64,000 nt of DNA from a virus: the IMG/VR virus record IMGVR_UViG_3300009514_000374, positions 32,001-96,000 of that record. The stretch is one strand, 5' to 3'. A model generated the notes under the pieces. The model saw only the letters and a program-made list of their open reading frames with translations, was not told the DNA's origin and ran no database searches. Both the position numbers and the translations under genes were made by a program. Positions within the stretch are counted from its first letter, which is position 1, and every line of letters begins with the position of its first letter. Positions 28,612 through 38,315 of this stretch are shown here, piece by piece.

Positions 28612-29821
28612 GAAAAAGACGACAAAAAAGGCCCCGGCCAAGCAAAAGACCACGAGTACCAAGACGAGTGGTAGCCCGTTGCTGGCTGCTCAAGCGGTGC
28701 TCGACAAGGCCCTGCCGGACAAGGATTGGAGGACCGACCTGGACCCCGCCTCGTTGCGTCAGAGTCTCCCTCACCTTCCCACGGGCAGTCTTACGGTGGA
28801 CTACCTGATCGGAGGCAAGCCTAACGATTTCGGGGTCGCCCCGTGTCCAGGGATGCCGCGTGGTCGGATCATGCAGCTTTACGGGCACGAGGGTTCGGGC
28901 AAGACCACCCTGGCGCTCACGTTGGCTGCGACCACCTGCGACAACGGGGGCACCGTCTGCTTCATTGATTGGGAGAACGAGATTGTCCCGTACTACGCGA
29001 AGGCGCTCGGTGTTCCGATCGAGGACAAGACCAAGTTCACGCTTGCCGTTCCTGAAACGCTGGAGCAGGGCATCGTGATCGCGTACACGATGGCGAAGCA
29101 CGGCGTCGATCTGATCGTGTTCGACTCGGTGGGCGCAGGCATCCCCAAGAAGCAGTTGGAGGGCAAGCTGGAGGAAATGGCCGACCTTGGCCGCATTGGG
29201 CTCAACGCGGCCATCTGGTCGAACACCCTGCCCAAGCTGAAATCCGTCGCCATGCGCACGGGCACCTCGATCATCGGCATCTCGCAGCTACGCGAGAACA
29301 TCAACACGTCGGGCTACGGCGAAACCTCCAACGCGCAGGGAGGCAAGGCGTGGCGCTTTTACTCGGCCCTACGAGTCAAGCTCGCGCGGATCAAGACCGA
29401 AAAGGCAACGCACACCAATTCTCTGACCAACAAGAAAGAGGACAAGGTGGTCGGGGCGGTGATCAAGGTCAAGCTCGACAAGTGCAAGGTGTCGCCGCAA
29501 CAGGGCAACGAAGAGGTCATGTACATCCGTCAGGGCGAGGGTATTGACGACTACCGCACGATCATCGAGGTGGGTATCGCCTATGGCATCGTCAAGAAGG
29601 GCGGCGCCTGGATCGAGTGGGCTTCGCCGGATGGAGCGCACCATGTCAAGCGGCAGGGCATGGATCGGTTCCGCAAGACCATGCTGGAAACGGAAGGGGC
29701 CTTTCAAGCCCTGTACGGTCAGATCCTCCCTTACCTCGGTGCGACGACGACTCCGATCGAGGACGACGACGAGGACGAGCCACCGGGCATTGACGCCGAC
29801 ATTGAGGATCTGCTGGCGTGA
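28604..29821 (+). CDS. recA: RecA recombinase
   Basis: GHEGSGKT, FIDWE, VFDSV, SQLR, GGKAWRFYS. Confidence 0.93.
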   Translation: MAKKKTTKKAPAKQKTTSTKTSGSPLLAAQAVLDKALPDKDWRTDLDPASLRQSLPHLPTGSLTVDYLIGGKPNDFGVAPCPGMPRGRIMQLYGHEGSGKTTLALTLAATTCDNGGTVCFIDWENEIVPYYAKALGVPIEDKTKFTLAVPETLEQGIVIAYTMAKHGVDLIVFDSVGAGIPKKQLEGKLEEMADLGRIGLNAAIWSNTLPKLKSVAMRTGTSIIGISQLRENINTSGYGETSNAQGGKAWRFYSALRVKLARIKTEKATHTNSLTNKKEDKVVGAVIKVKLDKCKVSPQQGNEEVMYIRQGEGIDDYRTIIEVGIAYGIVKKGGAWIEWASPDGAHHVKRQGMDRFRKTMLETEGAFQALYGQILPYLGATTTPIEDDDEDEPPGIDADIEDLLA

Positions 29822-30921
29822 TCAGGGTTCACGTCAAGAATTTCCAGAGCATCGCAGATGCCACGGTCGAGATTGACGGGTTCACCGTCATTACCGGCAC
29901 GAACAACACTGGCAAATCTGCGCTCATGCGGGCAATTCATGGCGTGTTCACGAACCCGGCTCCGGGGTCCATCGTCCGTACCGGCGCGGATTTCTGCTCG
30001 GTCAAACTTGAGTTCCCTGATGGGAATACGGTCAAGTGGGAGAAGGGCCACAAGGGGGTCAACCGCTACTGGCTCAACGACAGGTTCTTCGACAAGGTGG
30101 GCGCGGGCGTCCCTGACGAGATCCAAAAGCTCGGCTACTCGGCCATCGAGGTTGGAGGCAACCGCCTGTGGCCGCAGTTTGCCAAGCAAAAGAAGGGAGA
30201 CGTGTTCCTGCTCGACCTCCCCGGCTCGGCGGTTGCCGATGCGGTGGCGAACGTCGAGCGGATCCGTGTCCTGAACCATGCCTTGAAAGCCTGCGAATCG
30301 GAGCGGCGCACGGTCAACGGCGACCTCAAGCTGCGGCGCAAGGACGGCGAGAAGCTGGACGCGGCGGTTGAGAAATTCGAGGGGCTGGACGATGCAGTGG
30401 CTCTGCTCGATGGCTTGGCGGAGCAACGGGAGAAGGCCGAGAAGATGGTCAAGCTCCAAAAGCTGCTCTCCGGGTTGCAGGCGCAGATCGCCAAGGCCAC
30501 GGCGGGCATCGAGAAGCTGGACGGGTTCGACATCGCTAAGGGCACCTTGCCCGGTCAGGGCGTGCTGGACGAGATCAAGACCGTTCGCGCCGACCGTAAA
30601 GCCCTCACGGCGCTCAAGGGACGCCTGGAGACACGGAGAGAGCGAGTTGAGCACTGGCAAGGCGCTGCCGAGGTCGCCACCTCGGCCTCTCCAGGGGACG
30701 ACCAGACGGTTGTGCAGGCCAACAAGATCCGACAAGGGCGGAAGGTGCTGGTACGTCTGCAAAAAGGGATCGCCGATGGTCGCGCTGGTGTCGAGCGGGA
30801 GGAAAAACTGCTCGCTCAAAAGAAGGACGAGTTGAAACAAGCGGAGGCAGCCGTCGTGTTGATCCTCGGAGACTACGAGGACTGTCCGACCTGCGGAACG
30901 ACGCTACACGGAGCAGCATGA
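29818..30921 (+). CDS. SbcC/Rad50-like ATPase, N-terminal half ending at the zinc hook
   Basis: KNFQS, Walker A GTNNTGKS, Q-loop, coiled coil, terminal CPTCG; no Walker B. Confidence 0.8.
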   Translation: MIRVHVKNFQSIADATVEIDGFTVITGTNNTGKSALMRAIHGVFTNPAPGSIVRTGADFCSVKLEFPDGNTVKWEKGHKGVNRYWLNDRFFDKVGAGVPDEIQKLGYSAIEVGGNRLWPQFAKQKKGDVFLLDLPGSAVADAVANVERIRVLNHALKACESERRTVNGDLKLRRKDGEKLDAAVEKFEGLDDAVALLDGLAEQREKAEKMVKLQKLLSGLQAQIAKATAGIEKLDGFDIAKGTLPGQGVLDEIKTVRADRKALTALKGRLETRRERVEHWQGAAEVATSASPGDDQTVVQANKIRQGRKVLVRLQKGIADGRAGVEREEKLLAQKKDELKQAEAAVVLILGDYEDCPTCGTTLHGAA

Positions 30922-31280
30922 AGATCAAACTCAAAGCAGGAGACTACGACGCCACCCTCGACATCGGTGTGATGGAGGTTGAGCTTGTGGGGGCCTACAA
31001 CGGCGTCGGGATCCAAACGGACCAGGGCCACTTTGGCATCGCTCAGCGAGACTCCGGCATCGAGGTCTTGCTCGACGGTAAGACGGTGTTTGCCAGCCAC
31101 GACGATGTGGGCAAGCTCAGGACGCTTAATCAGGCCATCCTCGATTTCCGCGACGAGGTTCACGATGACAGTGACCCCGAGTGGGTCGTGGATCGGCTCA
31201 ACAGTTTGCGTGATCTGATCCCTGGCTGGATCAAGGCGGCGGATACGCCGACCGATATTGTCACCGAGGGTGGGGGATGA
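30918..31280 (+). CDS. hypothetical protein
   Basis: ATGA coupling at both ends. Confidence 0.65.
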   Translation: MKIKLKAGDYDATLDIGVMEVELVGAYNGVGIQTDQGHFGIAQRDSGIEVLLDGKTVFASHDDVGKLRTLNQAILDFRDEVHDDSDPEWVVDRLNSLRDLIPGWIKAADTPTDIVTEGGG

Positions 31281-32266
31281 TCCGATTCATCACGAGAACC
31301 GACGTTCACATTTCCGATCACACGCCCAAATCGCGGACGGATGATTGGACGGAGACTGTCGTGGGCAAGCTGCGGGAGGTTGGGCGCATCGCTCACCAGA
31401 CCAAGGCCACTGCGGTTCTCGACAACGGCGATTTCTTTGACGTGAAGGCGCCGACTCGGAACAGCCACTCGCTGACACGCGAGGTTGCTGATCTCCACAA
31501 CGAGTATCCCTGCTCCGTTTACGCGAACGTGGGCAACCACGATTGTACGCGACAGGACTACAGGTATCTGCCACAGCAGCCGCTCGGGGTGCTGTTTGCG
31601 ACCGGCGTGTTCAAGCGTTGCTACGACGAGCACGAACACGTTTTCATGGACGATGACGGGCTCACCGTGCGGGTCGTGGGCATCCCCTTCCACGGGGTCA
31701 AATACGACCTGGAGCGGTTCAAAATCGAGAAGGGCAAAGAGGACTACCTGCTCGTCATGGCGCACGTCCTGGCCTCCCCGACCGGGGGCTCGATGTTCGG
31801 GAACGAGGATGTGATCCGGTACACGGACCTGCTTGACCTGGCGCCGGATGTGGACGTGTGGCTGTTCGGCCATTGGCACAAGGACCAGGGCATCACGGAG
31901 GTCGCGGACGGGAAATGGATCATCAATATCGGCAGCCTCACCCGAGGCAGCCTCGCGTGGGACGACGTGGAACGGATCCCCGGCGTTGGGATCGTGACCT
32001 TCACGCGCGAAGGGATCGAGATCGAGAAACGCGACCTGAGCATCCGGCCGCACGCCGAGGTATTCGACATCGACGGCCGAGTGCGCGAGGAATCTCGTGC
32101 TGCGACCATGGACTATTTCGTGGACTCCATCGCCAAGACGCTGGCGGAAACCGATACCTCGGAATCTCTGCTCGACAAAGTGGACGCGATGAAAGACCTC
32201 CCGCAAAAGGTCAAGGATCGGGCCATCGAATTCATTGAGAAGGCCGAGGGCGCTTCGGCCCGGTAG
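31277..32266 (+). CDS. sbcD: SbcD/Mre11-like metallophosphoesterase nuclease
   Basis: DVH, GDFFD, GNHD, H, GHWH, GSL. Confidence 0.85.
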   Translation: MIRFITRTDVHISDHTPKSRTDDWTETVVGKLREVGRIAHQTKATAVLDNGDFFDVKAPTRNSHSLTREVADLHNEYPCSVYANVGNHDCTRQDYRYLPQQPLGVLFATGVFKRCYDEHEHVFMDDDGLTVRVVGIPFHGVKYDLERFKIEKGKEDYLLVMAHVLASPTGGSMFGNEDVIRYTDLLDLAPDVDVWLFGHWHKDQGITEVADGKWIINIGSLTRGSLAWDDVERIPGVGIVTFTREGIEIEKRDLSIRPHAEVFDIDGRVREESRAATMDYFVDSIAKTLAETDTSESLLDKVDAMKDLPQKVKDRAIEFIEKAEGASAR

Positions 32267-32274
32267 AGTGCGCT

Positions 32275-33237
32275 ATGGCCTGGAAACCAAGGCCGTACTC
32301 CCTTTGGTGGACCCATCTCAAGGAGTACGAGGAATGCCCGCTGAAATTCCTGTGGAGTCGAGGGTGGGCAGGGATCGACGTGGGAGGCGGCGTGGGCCGC
32401 AAAAAGCCCAAGACGACCCCTCGATCGAGACACCACGCGGTCATGGGAATCGCCATCCAGGCGGCGGTTGAGGATCTCTACAACGAGGAATTGTGGCGGC
32501 ACGATGGCTTGCCTCGTCGGCTCAGCCAGATCGCTAGGATTGCGCTCAAGAAGGAGCTTTCCGACACAAAGCGCAATTGGATCGATTGGAAATTCGCCGG
32601 TATGGGCGAAGCGGATATGGAGGAAATCGTCGTCAACGGGGTACTCGGCTACCTAAAGACGATGAAGGCCCACCGACTGCTCGGCCCCTACGCGCGGGCG
32701 GAGAAAAAGCTGTCCGGCTGGATCGACAAGTACAACGAGGTCGCGGGCATCGCCGATACGATCATCCGGCGCGAGGATACGGGCATCACGATCCTCGACG
32801 GCAAGAACAGCAAGACCAAGCTGGAGTACGTCGATCCCGATCAGCTTCGCTACTACGCGCTGTGTTTCTTTTTGGCCTACGACAAGATGCCCGATCGGTT
32901 GGCATTTGTCTGGTACCGCTACCCCTACGACAAGGAAACTGGAGAGCAGGGGCTCGATTGGGTGGAGTTTACCGAGCGTGACCTCCAGGGCCTCGCCGCA
33001 CGCGCCCGCGATGCGCGCAAGGGCATGAACAAGGAGATGTTCTCGGCCACGCCATCGACTAAGGCGTGCCAATACTGCGACTACAAGGACGTGTGTCCCG
33101 AGCGCGTGGCGATCGACACGGCCAACGCGGAGAAACGCAAGGACAAGCTGCCCATCGTGGGTCACGCGGATGGTTTTGTGGAATTCGACCTGCACAGCGA
33201 CGGTCAAACCGTCCCAGACAAGGGTAAGGGGGAGTAA
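32275..33237 (+). CDS. PD-(D/E)XK nuclease, AddB/Cas4-like with 4-Cys Fe-S motif
   Basis: ECP, GIAD, LDGK, QLRYY, CQYCDYKDVC. Confidence 0.8.
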   Translation: MAWKPRPYSLWWTHLKEYEECPLKFLWSRGWAGIDVGGGVGRKKPKTTPRSRHHAVMGIAIQAAVEDLYNEELWRHDGLPRRLSQIARIALKKELSDTKRNWIDWKFAGMGEADMEEIVVNGVLGYLKTMKAHRLLGPYARAEKKLSGWIDKYNEVAGIADTIIRREDTGITILDGKNSKTKLEYVDPDQLRYYALCFFLAYDKMPDRLAFVWYRYPYDKETGEQGLDWVEFTERDLQGLAARARDARKGMNKEMFSATPSTKACQYCDYKDVCPERVAIDTANAEKRKDKLPIVGHADGFVEFDLHSDGQTVPDKGKGE

Positions 33238-33239
33238 CC

Positions 33240-33533
33240 ATGCCCACGACCGACACGGATAGCCGCTTGGAAGCAGCGGTAAAGGATCGCAACACTCTGG
33301 TTGCCGAGATCCAACGGATCGAAGGGCGGTTGGAAGCTGCCCAAAGCCAGCTTGACCAGGCGGAAGCCGAGTGCCGAGAAAAAGGGATCGAACCCGATCA
33401 GCTTGACTCGGCGCTCTCACGTTTGGACGAGCGTTACACCAAGTTGGTGGACGGGTTGGAGGCAGAAATCGCAGACGCACGAGCAGCCCTTGCTCCGTAC
33501 ATGGGAGACACCGATGAAGATCGAGATAGCTAA
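33240..33533 (+). CDS. small coiled-coil protein
   Basis: Continuous heptad pattern. Confidence 0.7.
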   Translation: MPTTDTDSRLEAAVKDRNTLVAEIQRIEGRLEAAQSQLDQAEAECREKGIEPDQLDSALSRLDERYTKLVDGLEAEIADARAALAPYMGDTDEDRDS

Positions 33534-34665
33534 GAGTGATTTGGAAGCCGCGTTGCAGGTCGTGTCTATCGGCACGTCCGGCACAGGATCCGACCTGTCC
33601 ACCCATTTCCTGTTCCGGCATGAGCCGGACGATGAAGGGGATCGTGTAAGCGTCCTGGCTTACAACGGGCGCCTTGGGGCGAGCATCCCGATCGTCTGCA
33701 AAGTCGATGTGGCCGAGGATGGCCCGACCGCCTTCACCGTCGAGAATTGGCGTCTGCGGCAGTGGCTCGCAGCGGCGGCCGACACCGCGCTCACGTTGGA
33801 GTACGACGATGGCGTGGTCAAGGCGACGGCGCTCAAGGGCAGCGTCAAGTTTCGATCCCTCGATCCAGGGACGTTCCCGTATTGGGACGAGTCCTTGTCG
33901 AAGGCCAAGAAGATCGTAGACATCGACGCGGCCCGGCTCCATGCGGCGCTCTCCCACGCCAAGCTGTTTATCTCGGACAAGGACACGACCAAACCGCACC
34001 TGGCCGTGACCGAGATCCAAAACGGCTCGCTCCGCGCGACGGACCAGGCCGCGCTCACGTTGATCACCATCGCCGAGCTTGCTGAATCCAACATGCGGAT
34101 TCACGGCAAGGATCTGCAACAAGTGCTCTCGTATCTGAGCCTGGCCTCGGAGGAAACGGTCGAGATTCTGGAGCATGACCGCACCCTGTTTCTCAAGCGG
34201 AGTGACGAGGGTGTGCTCTCCGTGGGCCGTCCCCACAACGAATTCCCGCCGATCAAGGTGGACAAGGATTCGGACGATATGCACTGGTGGGTCGTCTCGA
34301 CCTCCGAGTTGGACAGTGCGATCAAGCAGCTTGCTTCCGCCGCCGCCCGCGAGGATGTGCGGCTTACGATCGATTTCGATCCCGAGGCGTCGCAAGTGCT
34401 CTTGTCCATGACCTCGGCTTCGGGCTCGACTGACATCCTCCAGGTGGAGTGCCCTGAGCACGGGAGCCGTGACGATGCCGAGAACCCGTTGCCCGAGGGA
34501 GGGTTCTCGCTCAAGTACCCCTACCTCCAACGGCTCTTGTCGCAGTACAAGGAGAAGACGATCCGTTTCGGGCTCAACCCGCAGAAAAAGGGCGGTTGGA
34601 TCCGTTTCCGCGACGACCGTGACGGCGACGACTACCTCACTTTGCTCGTCTGGCTGATGGCCTGA
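33514..34665 (+). CDS. dnaN: DNA polymerase III beta sliding clamp
   Basis: 383 aa; MKIEI.K.DL..AL, FP, ATD, FP, F...YL three-domain pattern; GGGAG RBS. Confidence 0.8.
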   Translation: MKIEIAKSDLEAALQVVSIGTSGTGSDLSTHFLFRHEPDDEGDRVSVLAYNGRLGASIPIVCKVDVAEDGPTAFTVENWRLRQWLAAAADTALTLEYDDGVVKATALKGSVKFRSLDPGTFPYWDESLSKAKKIVDIDAARLHAALSHAKLFISDKDTTKPHLAVTEIQNGSLRATDQAALTLITIAELAESNMRIHGKDLQQVLSYLSLASEETVEILEHDRTLFLKRSDEGVLSVGRPHNEFPPIKVDKDSDDMHWWVVSTSELDSAIKQLASAAAREDVRLTIDFDPEASQVLLSMTSASGSTDILQVECPEHGSRDDAENPLPEGGFSLKYPYLQRLLSQYKEKTIRFGLNPQKKGGWIRFRDDRDGDDYLTLLVWLMA

Positions 34666-35303
34666 TGCTCGCACCGATTCCCGACATCGCTGATCTCAGG
34701 TCTGCGGCCGACAAGGCCATCGGGTTTCGTGATGCCTTGACCAAGCAGCGTGACGACAACACGAAAGAGATCAAGCGACTGGAGAACGAGGACGCGACTT
34801 TGCGATTGGTCGCGTCCTTGATCCGTTCTCTTGCAGACGCCGAGGTAAAAGAGGGCATCGACGCGGTGACCAAACTCCAGACGGAGGGGCTGCAAGAAAT
34901 CTTCTATGACCAGGATCTTCGGATGGAGGCCGAGATCACAGAGCAGCGAGGTAAGGTCGCCGTCAACCTGCTCACCGTGGATACGAAAGCGGAAGGCATC
35001 GAGATCAAGGACGATCCGTTGGAGTCGATGGGTGGGGCAGTGGCGACGGTGGAATCGGTGCTCTTGCGGGTGATCGTTGTGTTGCGCCGAAATATGCGCC
35101 CGATGCTTCTGCTGGACGAAACCCTTGGGGCCGTCGCCAAGGGTTACATCGAGCGCGTGGCCGGGTTTCTCACGACGCTGTGTCAGCGCCTCGACATGGA
35201 CATCCTTGCCGTAACCCACGACCCGTTGTTGATCGACGCCGCCCAAAAGGCGTATGTGATCGAGCCCACCCCACGCGGGGTGGTATTCAAGGAGCGGCGA
35301 TGA
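34665..35303 (+). CDS. SbcC/Rad50-like ATPase, C-terminal half
   Basis: Signature SMGGA, Walker B LLLDE, H-switch VTHD; no Walker A. Confidence 0.8.
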   Translation: MLAPIPDIADLRSAADKAIGFRDALTKQRDDNTKEIKRLENEDATLRLVASLIRSLADAEVKEGIDAVTKLQTEGLQEIFYDQDLRMEAEITEQRGKVAVNLLTVDTKAEGIEIKDDPLESMGGAVATVESVLLRVIVVLRRNMRPMLLLDETLGAVAKGYIERVAGFLTTLCQRLDMDILAVTHDPLLIDAAQKAYVIEPTPRGVVFKERR

Positions 35304-35818
35304 AACGGCGAGGCGCGATCAAGCACAAACTAAAGCAGGTGATCTTTCGTCACCGCTCCAAATACGTCGAGGAAGGGCTCAAGCGTCGTCCGGCCAACTG
35401 TTCGTACAACGCCCCGATTCAGGTTTACGACCCCTCGACCACGAACAAGGCGGTTCTCCGGGTTTGCCTGTACGACGTATCGAATCGCCGTCGCTGGAAC
35501 AACGCGACGTGCGACGAGTCCCTCGGTGGTCTGGAGCAGTGCCGCAAGTGCCCGATGTTCAAGGCACGGAACGAGGCCGATGACCTCAAGGCCGAGTTTG
35601 CTACCATGCTCGGCATCGACGGCACGGAGGTAGACATCGGCTGGATCGCCAAGCAGTACCCTGACGTGGCTGCGCTCATGTGGGTGCTCGGCTCCGAGCC
35701 GCAGAGCGACGAGCCTCCGCCTCCGGTTGAGGACAAGCGCGAGAACATCCTGACGTTCTTTGGTTCGACGGAGATGACCGAGGACGAGATTCCCGAGGAA
35801 CCTCTGGCAGACGAATGA
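35300..35818 (+). CDS. hypothetical Cys-containing protein
   Basis: ATGA coupling; several Cys including CxxC. Confidence 0.65.
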   Translation: MKRRGAIKHKLKQVIFRHRSKYVEEGLKRRPANCSYNAPIQVYDPSTTNKAVLRVCLYDVSNRRRWNNATCDESLGGLEQCRKCPMFKARNEADDLKAEFATMLGIDGTEVDIGWIAKQYPDVAALMWVLGSEPQSDEPPPPVEDKRENILTFFGSTEMTEDEIPEEPLADE

Positions 35819-36384
35819 CCGATCTGCTTGACGTTTTGAATTTCGACTACGCGGTTCGTGGGCCGCGTGGCGCCCCTCCGCGCATGTTGGAATTCCCCGT
35901 GTCTCCAGACGCCGCTCCGTTCCTTGTGTCGTCTACGAGGGCGGTCTTGTGGGTGAGCCGGTCCTCGACCCAACGGACTGTCCGAGCCGCTGTGCGACCG
36001 TCGAGTGGCTTCTACCGTGAGGTCGTGGACGAGATCACCGGGGCGGGCCGAGAGAACAAGTGGGGAAACGTCCAGCCGTTCACGACGGAAGGTGTCGAGG
36101 CGTGCGTGGCCTATCTTCGCTCGTTCGGCTTGGAGGATGTGCAGGCCCTCGGTAACCCGGATGTGTGGCCCGAGCACTTCGATCCGAAATTCAAAGACAA
36201 TATGCCGCTGGTTCATGCGGACTGGCTGCCGGAAAACAGCGTGGTCTTTGTGCCCAAGGATCGCAGTTTCCTTGGCTTCATGGGGACGGTTGGCCCTGGT
36301 CGCATCGTAGCGGTCGTGCATAACCCGACTCGTGGCTTTGCCATCGCTCAAAACGAGCCGGGCGAGCACAACGGGGCTGAATGA
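35815..36384 (+). CDS. hypothetical protein
   Basis: Coupled ORF. Confidence 0.65.
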   Translation: MTDLLDVLNFDYAVRGPRGAPPRMLEFPVSPDAAPFLVSSTRAVLWVSRSSTQRTVRAAVRPSSGFYREVVDEITGAGRENKWGNVQPFTTEGVEACVAYLRSFGLEDVQALGNPDVWPEHFDPKFKDNMPLVHADWLPENSVVFVPKDRSFLGFMGTVGPGRIVAVVHNPTRGFAIAQNEPGEHNGAE

Positions 36385-37055
36385 GAGAGTGGGCGACCAA
36401 AGCCCTGTTGGGCATGGAGCTTTCGGCGAACGATCGAGGCTACCTGCTCGGCCGTGGTGCGCGCCCTGATCTACTGGCGGGCATGGGCGTATGTACGTGG
36501 AGCCCACCCGACGATCCTGCGCCCGACGAGGCGTTCCGCGAGAAATACGGTGATCACGGTCGCTTCTTTGAGGATCGGATCATCTTCCCGCTGTGGAGCC
36601 CACGCGGCCAGCTTCTCGGGTGGGACAGTCGCCATGCGGATCGGAAAGACCTGAGCCGCTATATCATCCCCAAGTTTCAGTACCAGACGGTTTGGATTGG
36701 GATGCCGGTGGCGATGCCCCGGATCTGGGAAGGCAAGACGGTCTGGATCTGTGAGGGGATTTTCGATCTGTTCGCGCTTGACCAGGCGTGTCCCACGAGC
36801 CCGGTCTTGGCGTGTGGCACGGCCAACCTGCACAGGGGCCACACGGAGTTTCTGAGACGTTTTGCCACGTCGGTACGAATGGTCCTCGACCGTGACCCCG
36901 CAGGGCGTAGAGGCACGGAGAAGGCGCTCAGCTACCTCAGTCGTGTCGGGGTAGAGTGCAGAGACTTTCCCTACGGGCCGGGCAAAGACCCCGGCGAGAT
37001 CTGGGATAACCACGGCTTTGAGGGCGTGAGACACGCCTTTCCCCTCGCTGTTTAG
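36381..37055 (+). CDS. dnaG: DnaG-type primase catalytic core (TOPRIM) lacking a zinc-binding domain
   Basis: YL..RG, RIIFP, CEGIFD, GTA, LDRDPAG, KDPGE. Confidence 0.8.
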   Translation: MREWATKALLGMELSANDRGYLLGRGARPDLLAGMGVCTWSPPDDPAPDEAFREKYGDHGRFFEDRIIFPLWSPRGQLLGWDSRHADRKDLSRYIIPKFQYQTVWIGMPVAMPRIWEGKTVWICEGIFDLFALDQACPTSPVLACGTANLHRGHTEFLRRFATSVRMVLDRDPAGRRGTEKALSYLSRVGVECRDFPYGPGKDPGEIWDNHGFEGVRHAFPLAV

Positions 37056-37066
37056 GAGCACCCGAA

Positions 37067-37552
37067 ATGGACATCTGGAAAGCTGGACCCGACGTACAGA
37101 AAATGCTGCTTGATCTGATCAAGAAGCACCACCCGCGACTCCTACTCGTGCAAGACGAGATTGCGGTCGTGTTCAAGGAAAAGGCATCGACGCCCGGCGG
37201 CGTGACGGTGTTTGGCAAGAGCAGCAAGGCACCCCCTTTGCTCGGCGCGCTGACGCAAACCGACTGGAAATTCGTGATCACTCTCGCGGCTGACCAGTGG
37301 GAGCACAGCCTTTCCGAGACACAGCGCATGGCGTTGCTCGACCATCACCTGTGCTCGATGATCGTGGAGGAGGATGGGGATCAGGGCACGATCAAGTGCT
37401 CGATCAAGCCACCCGAGGGTTGGTACCGGGAGGAAATCGAGCGATGGGGATTCTGGCGTCCGTCGTGTGACCCTGACGCCCCGACGCCCGTGGAGCAGAT
37501 GTTCGGCGTGGAGAAGGACGAGGACGACGATGGCGACGGCGACGGAGACTGA
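37067..37552 (+). CDS. phage metallopeptidase-like protein (degenerate motif)
   Basis: W..LS..QR.ALLDHHLC resembles ALxDHELxH families but lacks the Glu and second His. Confidence 0.55.
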   Translation: MDIWKAGPDVQKMLLDLIKKHHPRLLLVQDEIAVVFKEKASTPGGVTVFGKSSKAPPLLGALTQTDWKFVITLAADQWEHSLSETQRMALLDHHLCSMIVEEDGDQGTIKCSIKPPEGWYREEIERWGFWRPSCDPDAPTPVEQMFGVEKDEDDDGDGDGD

Positions 37553-37817
37553 CAAGGAATGGTTCAGGCTCGCACCACCTGCTGTCCAGGCGGTGTGGCG
37601 TGAGTACGAGCGGGCGACTCAGAAATTTGGGACGTTCAATTCGACTCACGAGGGCTACGCCGTGATCAAAGAGGAATTGGACGAGCTTTGGGACGACATC
37701 AAAGCGAATGCCGACGTGGGGCCGATGGCGGGGGAGGCGACCCAAGTGGCGGCGATGGGGATCCGGTTTCTCATGGACTGCTGCGACGCGGGCGAGTGGC
37801 GCGGCGAAGGCTCATAG
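37530..37817 (+). CDS. MazG-like all-alpha NTP pyrophosphohydrolase
   Basis: HEGYAVIKEELDELW...EATQVAAM. Confidence 0.65.
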   Translation: MATATETDKEWFRLAPPAVQAVWREYERATQKFGTFNSTHEGYAVIKEELDELWDDIKANADVGPMAGEATQVAAMGIRFLMDCCDAGEWRGEGS

Positions 37818-37871
37818 GCGGCCTACCGGCATTCTCTCGGCTATACTGTCCTCGTAGGTGGAGGACAGAAG

Positions 37872-38306
37872 ATGCCAAGCGGTGACCATTGGAACGGCCT
37901 GAACGTGTTGGACCCTTATGGGGTTCACTCGTACTCGGGTGTGATTGACAGTACGAATTTGTGGCGACAGCCCGACACCGGAGATGGTGAGGTTTTGTGG
38001 GTGCCTTTTGACCCTGAGTACATGATCCAAAGCAGCATGGGGGTCTACGGGCAAGATGCTTGCGGTGACACAAGTACGCAGCCGATCGCTGCCGACCTCG
38101 TACAGTTTCCCGAGGGCAAGTGCCCCATGTGTGGCGAGCAAGGCCACGACATCAATGCCAAGGACTGCAAAAATCCCCTCGTGTCGATCAGGTCGGAGTT
38201 CTACGGCTGCCGACGCTGCTACGACGCCAAATACACCGGCCTAGCGAACCGCTACCTCTACGATATGTGCCGCCTGATGGGCTTGGAATTTGACTGGCTG
38301 GCGTAA
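37872..38306 (+). CDS. hypothetical zinc-finger protein
   Basis: CPMC...CRRC; GGAGG RBS. Confidence 0.6.
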   Translation: MPSGDHWNGLNVLDPYGVHSYSGVIDSTNLWRQPDTGDGEVLWVPFDPEYMIQSSMGVYGQDACGDTSTQPIAADLVQFPEGKCPMCGEQGHDINAKDCKNPLVSIRSEFYGCRRCYDAKYTGLANRYLYDMCRLMGLEFDWLA

Positions 38307-38315
38307 AGTACCCTC

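Noticed and set aside
32275-33237. Cas4-like protein suggesting CRISPR-Cas
   Set aside because: No array or other cas genes; the context is recombination
32653-34674. 673-aa minus-strand ORF
   Set aside because: Overlaps the nuclease and dnaN on the opposite strand; shadow ORF
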